DNA of 64,000 nucleotides from Octopus bimaculoides (GCF_001194135.2 NC_069006.1:7945836-8009835); one strand, 5' to 3'; positions 36,921 to 51,800 are shown, counted from the stretch's first letter. A program made the numbers and translations. The notes: generated from the letters alone by a model not told the origin.

Positions 36921-37289
36921 TTAAATTAAAATTTAGCATCTACAGTGAGATGTGTCTCTTCAGATAATTTAAACTTTGTGCGACGTATAAGTTTGCTTTT
37001 TAAATGTTGTTTATTCTTATCTCTTTACCTCTTTCCATACGATTAGGGCACTTTGTGGTCAAAATATCAACTACAACATATTTTATTTCTTTACCAACAT
37101 TATGCTTTCAGTTTTAAGATAAGCTGGCTTTGATAATGATTCAAGCATTAATTTGGTAGCCATTTTATGAATCTCAGAACAATGAATGGCAAAGTCAGTT
37201 TTCAAAGTATTTGAACTCAAAACTTGTTTTTTCTTGAGCCTTACAACTTATAAGGCTGATTGCTCAGTTTCCATGGAGCTTAAGTGACC

Positions 37290-37610
37290 GAGATAATGCA
37301 CTGGTTACAACAGTGAGGGTTCCAGTTGATCTGGTCAACGAAACTGCCTGCTCATGAAATTAACATGCAAGTGGCTGAGTACTCCACAGACATGCATACC
37401 CTTAACGTAGTTCTCAGGGAGATTCAGTGTGACACAGAGTGTGACAAGGCTGGCCCTTTGAACTACAGATACTATTAATTTTTGCCTGTTGAGTGAACTG
37501 GAACAATGCAGAATAAAGTGTCTTGAATAAGGATACAATGCCCTGTTGGGTATTGAACTCACGACTTTACAACTGTGAGGCGAATACCTCAACCACTTAG
37601 CCATGGGCCT
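37290..37610 (-). mobile_element. tRNA-derived SINE family C; other copies about 2370-2820+, 15660-16000-, 55965-56650+
   Basis: tRNA-like head then caagacactttatt..ctccagt.cactcagc and aatctccctgagaactacgttaaggg..ctgtggagt.ctcagccacttgca. Confidence 0.8.
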
Positions 37611-38412
37611 TCAATATCTTTGAAGGCCCATGGCTTCATAAAAACAATACCCTCAAACAGGATGCCATAAAAACAATACCCTCAAACAGGATGCCAACAG
37701 GTTAGCAACTTTTGAAGGGAGGGGACAAATCCTATTTCTGCTAGAAATATGAACCAAATTCCTCTAAATCACACCAGACCAAGATGGACAAACGCATCAG
37801 ACAACAAAGTTAGAGATATATACACAAAGAAAAAAAAAATTAAATTAAAAAAAAAAACCCACCAGGAGTTGCGTGAGTATACCTGGAACACTTTTGCTCA
37901 TAGGTTTGTGGGAAAAGGCACATGTGGAGTTAAACCACCACAACGAAATGGGCAACAATAGTTTATATACAAAGGCTAATCCAAGGAATTAACACTAACC
38001 CCTGTCCTCAGAAATAGCTGGGTCTTTGGACCAATGTACAACATTATTATTATCATTATTATTATTACTATTATTATTATCATCATCAATATTATAGAAA
38101 TAAGTAAAACATGCTGTGTCCTGAATTCCACCAAAGAGGGTTCTGCTAATCCCAGGATTACTGAAACTAACTTTGATAACATGACAGCAATAAAATATTG
38201 AGTGAGTGTGTGTGTGTGTGAATGCATTATTAAGGTACGCTTATATCTATTTATCTATCTACTCCACCTCTCTCTCTCTCTCTCATATATATGTATGTAT
38301 ATGTGTATGCATGTATTGTGTATGCATTACGTATCTCTTTCTATATATATATATGTATGTATCCATACGTGTGAATGTATGTGTATATGTGTGTGTGTGT
38401 GTATGTATTATG

Positions 38413-38467
<55 letters not shown>

Positions 38468-38974
38468 NNNNNNNNNNNNNNNNNNNNNNNNNNNNNNNNN
38501 NNNNNNNNNNNNNNNNNNNNNNNNNNNNNNNNNNNNNNNNNNNNNNNNNNNNNNNNNNNNNNNNNNNNNNNNNNNNNNNNNNNNNNNNNNNNNNNNNNNN
38601 NNNNNNNNNNNNNNNNNNNTGTATATATATATATATGTATGTATACATATATGTATTAATGTGTGCGTGTGATTTCATGTGTGTTTAATGCATGTGTGTT
38701 TAATGACAAAATCCAGAACAGCTGGTAAAATAAGAAAGTCAGGACTGAAAAACTGTAATCTAAGAAGGGTGGATGGGGTGAGGTGGGGTGGGAGTCGAAA
38801 GGTATTTGGGCAAAGTGTTGCGTAAATGTGAGACAATACAGCCTGATTGTCATGGTGATGGTGGTCGATATTTATGGAGGAGATGCCTCAGTAAGACAGA
38901 CATAAGTAAACAGATAGGCAGACAAATTTTACATAAGCAGACATATGTCTGCGTGTGTGTGTATACATATGTAT

Positions 38975-39995
38975 CATTATCATCGTTGTTTAACGTCTGC
39001 TTTCCATGCTGGCATGGGTTGGATGGTTAGACTGAGGACTGGCAAGTCGGGAGGCTGCACCAGACTACAATCTGATCTGGCAAGGTTTCTACAGCTGGGT
39101 GCCCTTCCTAACGCCAACCACTCTGAGAGTGTGGTGGGTGCTTTCACGTGCCACCGACATGAGAGCTAGTCAGGCAGTACTGGCAATGGCAACGCTCAAA
39201 TGGTGTTTTTACGTGTCACCTGCACAGGAGCCAGTCCAGCGGCACTGGCAACGCCCTCGCTCGAATGCTATTTTTCACGTACCACCGGCACAAGTGCCAG
39301 TAAGGCGATGCTGGTAATGATCACACTCGAATGGTGCTTTGTACGTGCCACCGGCACGGGGGCCAGTNNNNNNNNNNNNNNNNNNNNNNNNNNNNNNNNN
39401 NNNNNNNNNNNNNTGTGTGTGTATACATATGTATCATTATCATCGTTGTTTAACGTCTGCTTTCCATGCTGGCATGGGTTGGATGGTTAGACTGAGGACT
39501 GGCAAGTCGGGAGGCTGCACCAGACTACAATCTGATCTGGCAAGGTTTCTACAGCTGGATGCCCTTCTTAACGCCAACCACTCAGAGAGAGTAGTGGGTG
39601 CTTTTTACGTGCCACTGATACGGGAGCCAGTCAAGCAGGACTGGCATCGACCATGCTCAAATGGTGTTTTTTACGTGCCAGTAAGGCAGCACTGTCGTCA
39701 GCCACGACTATGATTTCACTTGGTTCAACAGGTCTTCACAAGCACAGCACATTGCCCAACGATTGAAGGGTGCTTTTTTTTAAACGGGCAAGTTGTGTGA
39801 CACTGGCATCGGCCATGACTACAATCTCACTTTGCTCGCCGGATCTCCTCAAGCATGGTATATCTCCAAAGGTCTCGCTCACTAGTCATTGCTTCTGTGA
39901 TGCCCAATGTTTGAAGGTCATGCTTTACCACCTAATCCCAGGTCTTCCTGGGTCTACCACTTCCACAGGTTTCCTCCACAGTTAGGGTGTGACAT
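38975..39995 (-). mobile_element. Two RTE LINE 3' fragments around a gap
   Basis: VKKCHTLTVEETCGSGRPRKTWD*VVKHDLQTLGITEAMTSERDLW at 39830-39990, then 3' UTR; second UTR copy 38975-39367. Confidence 0.75.
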
Positions 39996-42402
39996 TTCTT
40001 CACACAGCTGTCCTCATATATGTGTGTGTGTCTATATATGTATATATATGTATTCTTTTTATTGTTCCAGTCATTTGAATGTGGCCATGCTGGAGTACTA
40101 CTGCCTTGAAGGGTTTTAGTTGAATGAACTGGCCCTAAAACTTATTTCTTAAGCCTAGTAATTATTTTATTGGTCTCTTTTGGTCAAACTGCTAAGTTAT
40201 GAGGAAGTAAATACACCAACACCAGTTGTCAAGTGATGGTGGAGGGGACAAATACAGACACACAAAACATATATACATATATATATACATACATACACAC
40301 ACACACATATATATGATGGGCTTCTTTCAGTTTCCCTCTACAAAATCCACTCACAAGGCTTTGGTCGTTCTGAGGGTATAGCAGAAGACACTTTTCCAAG
40401 GTGCCATGCAGTGGGGACTGAACCCAGAACCATGTGGTCGGGAAGCAAGTTTCTTACTGCGAGCTGGCAGAATGGTTAGCATGCCGGACAAAATGCTCAG
40501 AGGCACTCCATCTGTCTTGACGTTCTGAGTTCAAATTAAGCTGTGGTTGACTTCGTCTTTCATCCTCTTGAGGTCAATAAAATAAAGTACCAGCTGTACA
40601 CTGGGGGGAGGGAGGGGTAAATGTAATCGACCTGTCTCCTCCCCAACCCAAATTTCAGACCTTGTCAGCATGCCAGGCAAAATGCTGAGTGGCATTTCGT
40701 CCGTCTGTACTTAGGAGTTCCGCCAAGGTTGACTTTGCCTTTCATCATTTGGAAGTTGATAAAATAAAGTACCAGTTGGACACTGGGGTTCATGTAATTG
40801 ACAAGTCCTCTCCCCCGAAACTCCAGGCCTTGTGCCTTTAGTAGAAAAGATTATTATTATTATTATTATTGTTACCTCTGCCTTAGCGAAGGTGGAGGTA
40901 TTGTTTTCAATCGTGTTTGTTTGTTTGTCCGTGGACAAGATATCTCAAGAACCGCTGGATGAATTCAGATGAAACTTTCAGGAATGTTTGGCCTCATGAC
41001 TAGCACAGACTGATTAGATTTTGGGATCAATCCGGTACAGGACAAGGGTTTTGGATTATTTTTCCTGTTTTTTTACTTAATTTTTGAGAGCAATCAGGTT
41101 CATTTTTAGTATTCGCATTTGTGAGAGCCATTGAGTTTATTTCAGATATTCTTATTTTAAAAATCATCTTTGGCTAATCGTTGAGAGGACGTTGGTGTTG
41201 CATTGGTGGAAGTTTGCGCTCTCTGGGAGCTCTTGTTATTATTATTATTATTGTTATTATTATCAAGGCATCGAGCTGGCAGAATCATTTGCATGCTGGA
41301 GGAAATGCTTAGCAGTATTTCGCCCATGGCTACGTTCCGAGTTCAAATTCTGCTGAGGTCAACTTTGCCTTTCATCCTTTCGGGGTTGATAAAATAAGTA
41401 CCAGTAAAACACTGGGGTCAATGTAATCAGCTTATCCACTCCCCTCCCCCCAAAATAGCTGCCCTTGTGGCAAAATTTGAAACCATTATTATTATTATTA
41501 TTNNNNNNNNNNNNNNNNNNNNNNNNNNNNNNNNNNNNNNNNNNNNNNNNNNNNNNNNNNNNNNNNNNNNNNNNNNNNNNNNNNNNNNNNNNNNNNNNNN
41601 NNNNNNNNNNNNNNNNNNNNNNNNNNNNNNNGTACCAGTTGAGTACTGGGGTTGATATAATCAACAATAACCCCTCCCACAAACCAATGGCTTTGTACCA
41701 AAACTTCAAGCCATTATTCTTATTCCATTTTTATTACACATACACACACACACATTTTATATACACATACAATTACATACTTATATGTCACACATATCTG
41801 TGGTATCTGACTATAAAAATTCCACTCACACACCATCAAAGAACCAACTGTGATGATGACAGAAGCCATTTGTCCATGTGACGTGTTACAAACTAGGACT
41901 GAACCCTTTTACCAGAGGGCTACGCACTACGAAATATACCTTCTAATCACAGAGTTTCATGCCTGCACACAAAGCAAATATTATCAAACAGCGACAATCC
42001 ACCCATTACGATGTAGTAAATGTCATTTTAGTTAATCTGGCTTACAATGACTTCTTGTGTTGTTCAGCAACCCACGTTTCCCAGGCGCTAAATACAATAT
42101 GGCCTCTTTTATATTACATTAGATTACATTATATTATATAATACAAGATGGGTGGGTGGGGTGCTGGCTTTGTTTGGGTAAAAGAAAATACAAAATGATT
42201 TATGATTTTACTCAACATATTCCCCTCTCATATTCACACACTTATTGCAGTGGTCTTTCAGTTTTTCTAAGCCTTATGAAAGAACTCAGACGGTTGGGCC
42301 TCCAACTAGTCCTTTTGTTGTGACACCCTTAAAGCCAGGAACTTTTCAGCACCCCTCGTGTGTGTGTGTGCATATATACTGTGTATACCGTGTGGGTATA
42401 TA

Positions 42403-43280
42403 CACCATATATTTCCGTGTGTAAGACGACCTTTAGATAAGATGAGGTCAAAATTTGTAGAGAATTTCATGAATTCATTTTATATCTTTAGTATAAGACA
42501 ACTGCTAAATTACAAAACAATCTGTGTACAGGTTAGCTTTAGCAACAAGTATATTTATAAATATTGGTCATGTGAAGATGATGTTATTACAAATGTTTTT
42601 TACTTACTGTATCCTTAGAAATTAAAATAAACGAAATAACAGATCCATTTCTATATCATGATTTTTTCATACACACGTCACCTAAAAGGGAACCTGATTC
42701 TTCTTTATCAAAACTTTATCGCTATCATAACAACTGCTAACAACAATACAATAATGGTGGTTCATATGACTGAAATGCCCTAAACAGTTACAGTCAGCCT
42801 GGAGTATTAATAACCATTTACCTATACTTCGTATAAAATCACAAACTGTCAAGTCAAGTGAAATTTATAATTATTTTATACCCACACCAATATGCAACCA
42901 TCAGCAAAAAGAAGAAAATATGAGGCTAGTTTCAAATTGAAAGTTATAGAAGTAGCCAAGAGTTCAAACAATTGTGCTGCTGCTAGGACATTCGATGTTA
43001 CTGAGATGGTACAAGGGTGGAGAAAGAATGAGGAAAAATTAAGAGAAATGCCCAAACAAAAATGTGTAATGAGAAGAGGAGCCAATCGTTGGCCGAAGCT
43101 GGAAAATGTAGCAGAATGGTCCAGCAGAGACAGCATGGCTACATTGTAACATGAAATAAAACGAGATCTTATGCCCTAAAATGGGATAAATTATATAAAG
43201 AAAAAAGTAAAGATTTTAAAGCAACAGTAGGCTGGTGCAATCGTTTTATGAACAGAAATTCATCATGCATTATCTTGCAG
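42403..43280 (+). mobile_element. pogo/Tigger-like DNA transposon 5' fragment
   Basis: Terminal-like ta|caccatatatttccgtgtgtaagacgac; ORF 42892..43149 RRKYEASFKLKVIEVAK..NCAAARTFDV..VQGWRK (Brinker-type HTH) followed by a CENP-B-like HTH. Confidence 0.7.
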
Positions 43281-46035
43281 CTTCAAGATTTCACTGATGT
43301 GAGTGTTTATTTTTAGAGTGACATTGTAGGGTAGGTGTGAGAGGCTGGATATGGTTGGCTTGAATATAAAATGGAGAATATTTGGGCTGGATATGGCCAG
43401 TTTAAATGTTAAATGGTTAAAGCAATTTAGTTGGAACCATTTTTCTTTCTTGCAGGTCATGTCTTTTAGATTTATGAAGAAATCCCAAGAGCCTGTGGAG
43501 CTAGATTTTTCTTTAAAACTTTGGTGGAAGCACAGCACACACATTCTTCAACAGGGCCGTCAAGACTTTTGAAAGGAAGGATAATTCACGAAAAGTGATT
43601 CTCAGACTGAAGATGCGGTCTGAAGAATGCTGGAAGTAAAAATGGATTTTTTGGAAAGGTATCCTGCAACCTCTCCACAGTGTTTAATTGTATGTGCAGA
43701 GGTGGTCCCAAGGACAATGAGATAAATCCAAGGCATGGTTATTGCTAGTTGAAAACTAATTGTATGGTAACAGACTAGCAGTGAGGAAGTGGGGAGGGGG
43801 AGCTAATTAAATTGACGAACTTCACCATCTCCCCCATCAACTCAGACAAAGATTTGTGGCCTTGTACCAATTCAGACACACACACAAATACTAGATAAAG
43901 ACAATGTGCTTCTCTTATGTCAACCAGTCCAGCAGCTTTTTATCAATATCAAAGAAATTGCACCTGTTGACTGGAGCCCCTACAGACATTTAGACAGGTG
44001 TGTGTGTGTGTGTGTGTGTTTTGTGTGTGTGCACTTATCGCCCTCTCTTTCACAGCCGAAGCCACACAACATACATCACCCAGTTTCACTATTGCTGTCG
44101 TTTATACCAGATGGACTGAAACCCTTCCGACCCATTCTAGCATGGAAGACCCACTTTCACTTCTCAGAATGTATGAGGAGAGATTGTTAGTATGCTTAGA
44201 GGCATTTCGTCCAAATTCAACTTTGCCTTTGATCCTTTCGATGTCAATGAAATAAGTACCAGTTACGCACTGGGGATCGATGTAATCAACCAGTCCCCTT
44301 GTCTAAAACCTTCAGGCCTTGTACCTATAGTAGCAAATATTATTAAGGCAGAAAGCTGACATAATTGTTAGCAGCATTCCGACTGTCCCCGCGTTCTGAG
44401 TTCAAATTCCGCCGAGGTTGACTTTGCCTTTCATCCTTTCAGGGTCAATAAATTAAGTACCAGTGAAACACTGGGTCGATGTAATCAATTAACCCCATCC
44501 TCTCAAATTTCAGGCCTATAGTAGAAAGGATTATTATTATTATTATTATTATTATTATTTGCAGTAAAATACAGACAGCTGGTGGTGTTAGTCACCTGCA
44601 TCTATTCACACAATACATCTATTTTTATATAGCTTCTCTCTACACAAAGTGTCAATTTTTATTGAACAGTAGTTTCAATGCTAGTTAGTTACAGGTTTCC
44701 AGTGGAGCAGGATACAAGTAGGACACATTGCATAAACTATATTGCCATTGTTTAGCACCAAGTCAGCTCCAATCAAGCGGATGTGCGATGAAAAGCCATT
44801 CCAGATACATTTCGGTCAACCTTTTGTTGGAATAACAATCACCAATGTGTTTCTTCTAGATAATAGGATATGAATAAGGTGTGATCGGAGAGCGACCTGG
44901 TTTCTATTTCTAGCAGGTTGAACAACCTTGTTGAAGCTCCTTCAAATGATACTTTTTTTGTCTTTTACTTGTTTCAGTCATTCGACTGCAGCCATGCTAG
45001 GGTACCACCCTGAAGAATTTCTAGTCAAATGAATCACTCTGGTACTCATCTTTTTCTTAAAGCCTGGTACTTTTTCTACAGGTCGCTTTTGCCAAACCAC
45101 TAAATTTAAGGGATGTAAACACACCAACACTGGTTGTGAAGTGGTGGTAGGACAAACAGGCATAAAAACACATACACATATATATAACAGGCTTCTTCCA
45201 GTTTCCATTTACTGAATCCATTCACAAGGCTTTGGTTGGCCCAAGGCTGTCACACAGTGGGACTGAACCTGGGACCACATGGTTGTGAAGCAAGCTTACC
45301 ATATGGCGTTGCCTACCCTTTTACTTGTTTCAATCATTGGACAGCAGCCATACTGGGTTACATTTATATTCAAGATTGCATTGCACTAGAGTAAGTATGA
45401 TAATTAGTTTTTCCACTGTGTCAGCTTATACAATTAATTATGTCCACTAATTGTTATATTCACACTATCCTACTTTATAACACATTCCACGATGGAAGAA
45501 TCTGGAAGATTTGGCTCCCGACCTTGAAATTGAAAGCTATACCAACCATTGAACTGGACGGTGCTACATAGTATCGAAGCTCCTGTCTTCTCCACTTTGA
45601 ATAAGGATCCAGTATTGTTAACAGTTTGGGTTTTAAGGGTCTATGACTGTCCAATATTCTGCCAAACAACCTCAGAGATTTATGAGACATAGAAGTGGAG
45701 GTCTTCAAAGAGCGCGCACACACACACACACATATATATATATACATACACACACAGCAGGCTTCTTACAGTTATTCATCTACCAAATCCACTCACAAGG
45801 CTTTTGGTTGGTCTGGAGCTATAGGAGACACTTGACCAATGTGTCATGCAGTGGGACTGAACCTGGAACCATGTGGTTGGGAAGCAAAATTCTTACCATA
45901 CAGCTACGCCTACCCCACCCAACATCAGAGACTACAAAATCACAGAAAGATTTAAATGTGTTTGAAATGTGTATAACACATACGCTAATTAACTAAACTT
46001 TTCCAGATGTAGAGTGTTTTATTTAAAAAATTACC

Positions 46036-46465
46036 AAGGTGCAGGAGTGGCTGTGTGGTAAGTAGCTTACTTACCGACCACATAGTTCTGGGTTCAGTCC
46101 CACTGCGTGGCACCTTGGGCAAGTGTCTTCTACTACAGCCCCGGGCTGACCAAATCCTTGTGAGTGGATTTGGTAGACGGAAACTGAAAGAAGCCCGTCG
46201 TATATATGTGTGTGTGTGTGTGTGTATATATACATGTATGTATGTGTGTGTATATGTTTGTGTGTCTGTGTTTGTTCCCCCCACCATTACATACAACCGA
46301 TGCTGGTGTGTTTACATCCCTGTAACTTAGTGGTTCGGCAAGAGAGGCCGATAGAATAAGTACTAGGCTTCCAAAGAATAAGTCCTGGGGTCGATTTGCT
46401 CGACTAAAAGGCGGTGCTCCAGCATGGCCACAGTCAAATGACTGAAACAGGTAAAAGAGTAGAGA
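46036..46465 (+). mobile_element. tRNA-derived SINE family B, full length; other copies about 7160-7680+, 13953-14340-, 26870-27190-, 40050-40460-, 44960-45300-, 49740-50280-, 50680-51030-, 57715-58111-
   Basis: gcaggagtggctgtgtggtaag..gggttcagtcccac (A/B box), caccttgggcaagtgtctt, internal (TA/TG)n, tail gctccagcatggcc.cagtcaaatgactgaaacaagtaaaagag. Confidence 0.88.
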
Positions 46466-46769
46466 GTATAGTGTTGGGTGGACATATGCAGCCATGACAA
46501 GACAACAAAGACACGACAGGAAGAAGCTCAACCCTAACCCCTACCCGTTATCGTTGTAGTGACATCTGCCATTCCAAAGTAACTGTCGTCATTGTTGTTG
46601 GTAAGGAAAGAAAAGAATGTTATCAGGCCACATCTGAGGTCATGTGACAAAAGGAAAACTGTTTCAGGCTAAGTTTACCTTGGGCAATGAATCATAAGTC
46701 ACTTTAAAAGTCATTGACAAACAACATTTGTATTTACAGCCATTTTGTCCGTGCTAGCATGGGTTAGAT

Positions 46770-47120
46770 CAGTAATTCTCCACTGGGGTCCACGTAAGGT
46801 TTTTGTGGGGGACCATGCAAACAAAGTAGTAAGTTAGGGCCATGCAAGAAAATTAGTGAATTGGGTCCACAGTATTATTTTTTAGGGTATATGCAAAAAT
46901 TTTACTTTAGATGGACTTTATGCAAAAAACAGCTGGGTTTCTTTCTCTGACATTTTACATATTTCAATCTACAAAAGTTAATGAGTGGAAAAGCAAAATA
47001 GGAATTTTGAAAGAAGTTTCTATAAAACTATCTTTTAAATACAAAATGGCTATGGGGGTCCACCAGAATAAAATAGTAATCAAAGGGGTCTAGATAAAAA
47101 AAAACCGTTGTGAGCCACTG
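46770..47120. mobile_element. hAT-type MITE
   Basis: Ends cagtaattctc..gagccactg; gttagat repeated at both flanks (imperfect TSD); ggggtcc internal repeats like the 2406 element. Confidence 0.55.
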
Positions 47121-47289
47121 TTAGATGAATGTATTTTAGGGACTTGTTTTACAGCCTGATTCCCTTCCTGGCGCTAACCTTTATTTCTTTTCTGAGTGGG
47201 GGTTATTTTACATATCTCTGAAGGCACAAAAGAGATTTGTTAACAGGAGAAACTGCTTGTAGCTTGTGACAAACACAGAGGGCTTCTAT

Positions 47290-47845
47290 GTCAGAGTGCC
47301 ACTTATAAAGCACCCGTGCCAGCACCGCGTTAACACACTTGTGCCAGTACCACATTTAAACACTGGTGCCAGTGCCGCATTTAAACACCTGTGCCAGTGC
47401 CGCGTTAACACACCTGTGCCAGTTCTGCATTAACACACCAGTACCAGTGCCACGCTAACACACCTGTGTCAGTGCCATGCTAACACACCTGTGCCAGTGC
47501 CACGTTAACACACCTGTACCAGTGCTGTGTTTACACACCTGTGCCAGTCTGTGTTAAAACACTCGTGCCAGTGCTGCATTAGCAAAACTGTGCCAGTGTT
47601 GCATTGACACACTTGTACCAGTTCTGACCTGTGCCGGTGCCATGTAAAAACACCCATGCTGATGGCATATAAAGAGCACCCGGCACATTCTGTTAAGTGG
47701 TTGGCATTAGGAAGGGCATCCAGCCATAGAAACCATGCCACAACAGACAACTGAAGTCTGGACAGCTCCCTGCCAGCCAGCTCCATATCAAACTGTCCAA
47801 ACCCATGCCATCATAGAAAGTGGACGTTAAATGATGATGACGTTG
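47290..47845 (+). mobile_element. RTE 3'-UTR copy with an expanded 25-bp tandem array (about 12 units, gtgccagtgccgcgttaacacacct)
   Basis: Array about 47316-47620 directly followed by the standard UTR end and gatgatgac tail. Confidence 0.75.
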
Positions 47846-48087
47846 ATGTACACCACCACTACCATCATCATTTTTATACGCTCTTTCCCATTCTTGCATT
47901 GGTCAGATGGAATTTGTTGAGGCAGAGTTTTCTTCGCCAGGAAGCCCATGCTCTGCCAATCCTTGCCTGTTTTGAAGCTGGCTGGACATGTTTTCACAGA
48001 AGATTGGAAATGAACAACACTGCTTTTATAAAGCTGGTGCTTGTTTACAACCATCACAGGAAATCAAGGCAAAAAGCACAAACATAC

Positions 48088-48333
48088 TGTTGTATAGTGA
48101 AACTGTATATCCTTCCCAGTAAAAAGTGGTAGGAGTGGGCCATTACAAATAGACCAGTAGGTGGTCGTCAAGAGAGGGTCGAGAGTCGAAGAGCTGAGAG
48201 TCAACAGTTCTAGTCAGTGTCTTGTGGAGCTATCAGCAATAGAAAGACAGAAGTTAGTGTATTACTATTCCGGTACGAAGAGATACAACGGTATCCGATG
48301 ACTAGTAACTATTGTGGCTACTAATATACAACA
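48088..48333. mobile_element. Possible solo LTR
   Basis: TGTTGTATA..TATACAACA termini; no convincing TSD. Confidence 0.3.
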
Positions 48334-48611
48334 GCAACTACAGTACAACAGTAGTCACACATCACACCAGTGGGAGGAACCCACTTTACGATACATACAC
48401 ACACACACATCAACATATATGTATATATATGGGCAGGCTTCTATCAGTTTCTGTCTACTGAGTCCATTCACAAGGCTTTGGTCAGCTGGAGGCTACAGAA
48501 GAAGACCACTGTGGAATGGGACTGAACCTGGAACCACGAGGTTGAGAAACAAATCCTTCCCCACAGAGGAATGCGTGTGACATTGTTGCATCATTTTCAT
48601 CTCTAACTTAA

Positions 48612-48833
48612 CCCTTTGACATTCAGATTACGGTCAAATGTAAAGCTTATTTATTCACATTGTTTTGAATTAATAAGGCATTATCTCACAGCTTTGAGAT
48701 TACGATGTTGGGATTGTTTATTTTTAGAATGACATTGTAGGGTAGGTGTGAGAGTGTGGATGTGGTCAGTTTTAACATAAAACAAACAGGCAAAATATTT
48801 GGGCCAGATATGGCTGGATAAAATGCTAAACGG
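48612..48833. mobile_element. piggyBac-type MITE (second family; related to 43300-43430)
   Basis: TTAA|ccctttgacatt..aatgctaaacgg|TTAA. Confidence 0.65.
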
Positions 48834-51800
48834 TTAAATCACCATTATCATCACCACCAACATTAAGTCTTAGAGGACACATTGGATAAAGCAGTCTTGG
48901 ATACTCTATGACAAGATGGGCCTTTCTGGAATGTCTATGATCAAAGAGTAAACAGGGATGACCTGGGGCTAAACAACACCTGCTACACATTCTCAGATCA
49001 TATTTGTAACATTTTTCTTTCACTACTTTAATCTGTGACTGCAGCACTTCCACCACTCTCCAGCATCACTCATCATTATCAACGATTAATTATTTGAGCT
49101 AATGAAAGAGAGAGGGAAGGAGAGAGAGCCCATAGTCGTTTGAATGGTTATAAACAGCATCTAAATCTCCCTTAAATGATAACCTATAATCCTAAAGAGA
49201 GGACACAGTGGGTAATGAAGTTGTAGATACACAAAGAAAACAAAAAAAAAGATTAAAAGACGGGATAGGCATGTCAGGAATGTCTTCCATCATAGACTTG
49301 CTCAGTCAGGGTCGACTTAATGCAAACTGTGTGAAAAACACATGAAATAAGCCTAGTTGGAACATTTGGTCTCCCAAACTTGCTCCATATGTTTGTTGAT
49401 TTGTTTATGCCCCGTTAACTTAGCAGTCTGATAAAAATAACCAATAAAAAAAGTAAGTACTGGGTCAAGTTGTTCAATTAATACCATTCAAGGCTGTGCC
49501 CCAGCATGGCCACAGCAGTTCAATGACTGAAACCAGTAAAAGATACGAGGCATGTGTGCCTGTGTCTTGCATGGAAAGCTGCAGGTTTTGGTGAGGAAGC
49601 CGAGAGTTTTGCTTTCAAAGAAATATGTTCCGTCGCATTTGTTCCACACACACAGTCCCTCAGCATCCGCACCAACATCACATGAACGGAGGGATGGGAT
49701 GGGCTGCTGCAAATCAAATATGCAATGTAGTATCCTTTGTCTTCAACTTGTTTCAGGAATTTGACTGTGACCATGCTGGGGCACTGCCACGAAGGATTTT
49801 TTTGTAGAACATATCGACCCCAGGAGTTTTTTTTTTTTAAAAAAGGAAAGAAAAACGCCTGGTACTTATTTATTCCATTGGTTTCTTTTGCCGATCTGCT
49901 AAGTTGCAGGCACATAAACACACCAACACTGCTTGTCAAGCGGTGGTAGGAGACAAACACAGACACAACCACACACACTTTTTTCTTTGTTTCAGTCAAG
50001 AGACTGTGGTCATACTGGGGCACCACCTTGAAAAATGTTAGTCAAACGAATGGACCACAGTACTTATTCTATCTGTCACTTCCACCCAACCGCTAAGTCA
50101 CAGGAACATAAACACACACACGATGGGCTTCGTTCAGTTTCCATCTACCAAATCCACTCACAAGGCTTTTGGTCAGCCGAAGGCTGCAATAGAAGACACT
50201 CGCCCAAGGTGCCACGCGGTGGGACTGAACCTGGCGCCATGTGATTCGGAAGCAGGCTTCTTACCACACAGCTACGCCGGAGCCTATACGAATAAATGAA
50301 TAAAATATTCCAAAATTGCATTTAGAACTCAATCCATGGCGCCACGTTACCTATTTAGAGAAAGGTATAACATTAGCGATAGAATACACTTCGGCAATTC
50401 AGGGGAAATAACTGAAAACAAACAACGAGACTAAATGGAAAACGTAATTTCTTCTATTCACATATTTTTTAAAATCCTTTAATTAACATTATTCTTTAAT
50501 AATATTATTTTACATATATTAAAAAAATTTTATTTTGTGGCTATTGATAACCAAATGGCTGAAAGAAAGGAAGGAAAAAAAAACATCGAAAAATTGCAGA
50601 CAGGCAGCAATGGGGGAGAATGTTCAATACTAAAGAGTTGCTTCCCTTCTTTTCTTTTATTTGCTTGTCATTTGTCTGCGGTCATGCTGGAGCATCACTT
50701 TTTGTCGAACAAATCGACCCCAGGACTTATTCTTCGTAAGCCTACTAAATATTCTATGGGTTCTCTTTTGCCGAACCGCTAGGTTACGGGAACGTAAACA
50801 CACCGACATTGGTTGTCAAGCGATGGGAGGAGGGACAAACACAGACACACGCATACATACATATATGTATATACACAACGGACTTCTTTCAGTTTTTGTC
50901 TACCAAATCCACTCACAAGGTTTTGGTTGGCCCGAGGCTATAGTAGAAGACACTTGCCCAAGGTGTCACGCAGTGGGACTGAGCCGAGAACCATGTGGTT
51001 GGGAAGCAAGCTTCTTACCACAGTCATGCCAGAGCTGTTTAGGTAACAATAACACAGGGTTCACGTTGAAGTAAAACAACCATGGAAACATCAAGTGGTA
51101 GTTGAATACTGTAGTGTATAAGTACCAAATTCAATATAAACATTAGAGCCGACTCAGGACTGGTTCTAGGTGCAGTATAGGTATAAAAAAATGACACAAA
51201 TGGGGTTTAAAATTTACGACCTGACGAGGGGGTGCTGAAAAGTTCCTGGCTTCAAGGGTATCGCAAAAGGCCTTGTTGGAGGACTTTTACAGGGCTTAGA
51301 AAACTGAAGGACCGCTGCGACAAGTGTGTGAATCTGAGAGGGGAATGTGTTGAATAAAATCATAATTAAATGATCCGCCTATATTTTCTTTCACCCAAAG
51401 CCAGGAACTTTTCAACACCCCCTCGTGTGTATGTATGCATGTATGTATACATGGTGTGGTTAGTTACTGTCTCCTTCAGTGTGGCTCCTTGTGCACATGT
51501 CTTCTACTAAAGCCCCAGGCCCACCTAAGCTTTGTGAGTGGATCAGAGAGAGAGAGAGAGAGAGTGGGGGAAGAGAGAGAAATTCACACAGCTGATGGTA
51601 AACATATAAGTAGTCACCCAAAGCAGTTAACTGGGCACTCACATTTTTGATTAGTTAAAACAATTAAAATTCCATTCATACTGAAGAAAAAATGTCATTA
51701 GCGTGTCAATCCATGCCAAGGGAGACAACTCTGAAACTAATTAACAATCTGGAGTTAGACGATAAAACATGGAGGTGAGAGAATTCAAGATACGTTTCGA

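Noticed and set aside
37637-37694. 29-bp direct tandem duplication
   Set aside because: Simple local slippage at a SINE edge; nothing functional evident
39414-39558. About 145-bp exact duplicate of about 38955-39098 across a 46-N gap
   Set aside because: Starts exactly at the gap edge; likely an assembly or haplotype artefact
47316-47620. Regular short repeats as a possible CRISPR array (also 24241-25109)
   Set aside because: Contiguous tandem units without unique spacers, eukaryotic context, no cas genes
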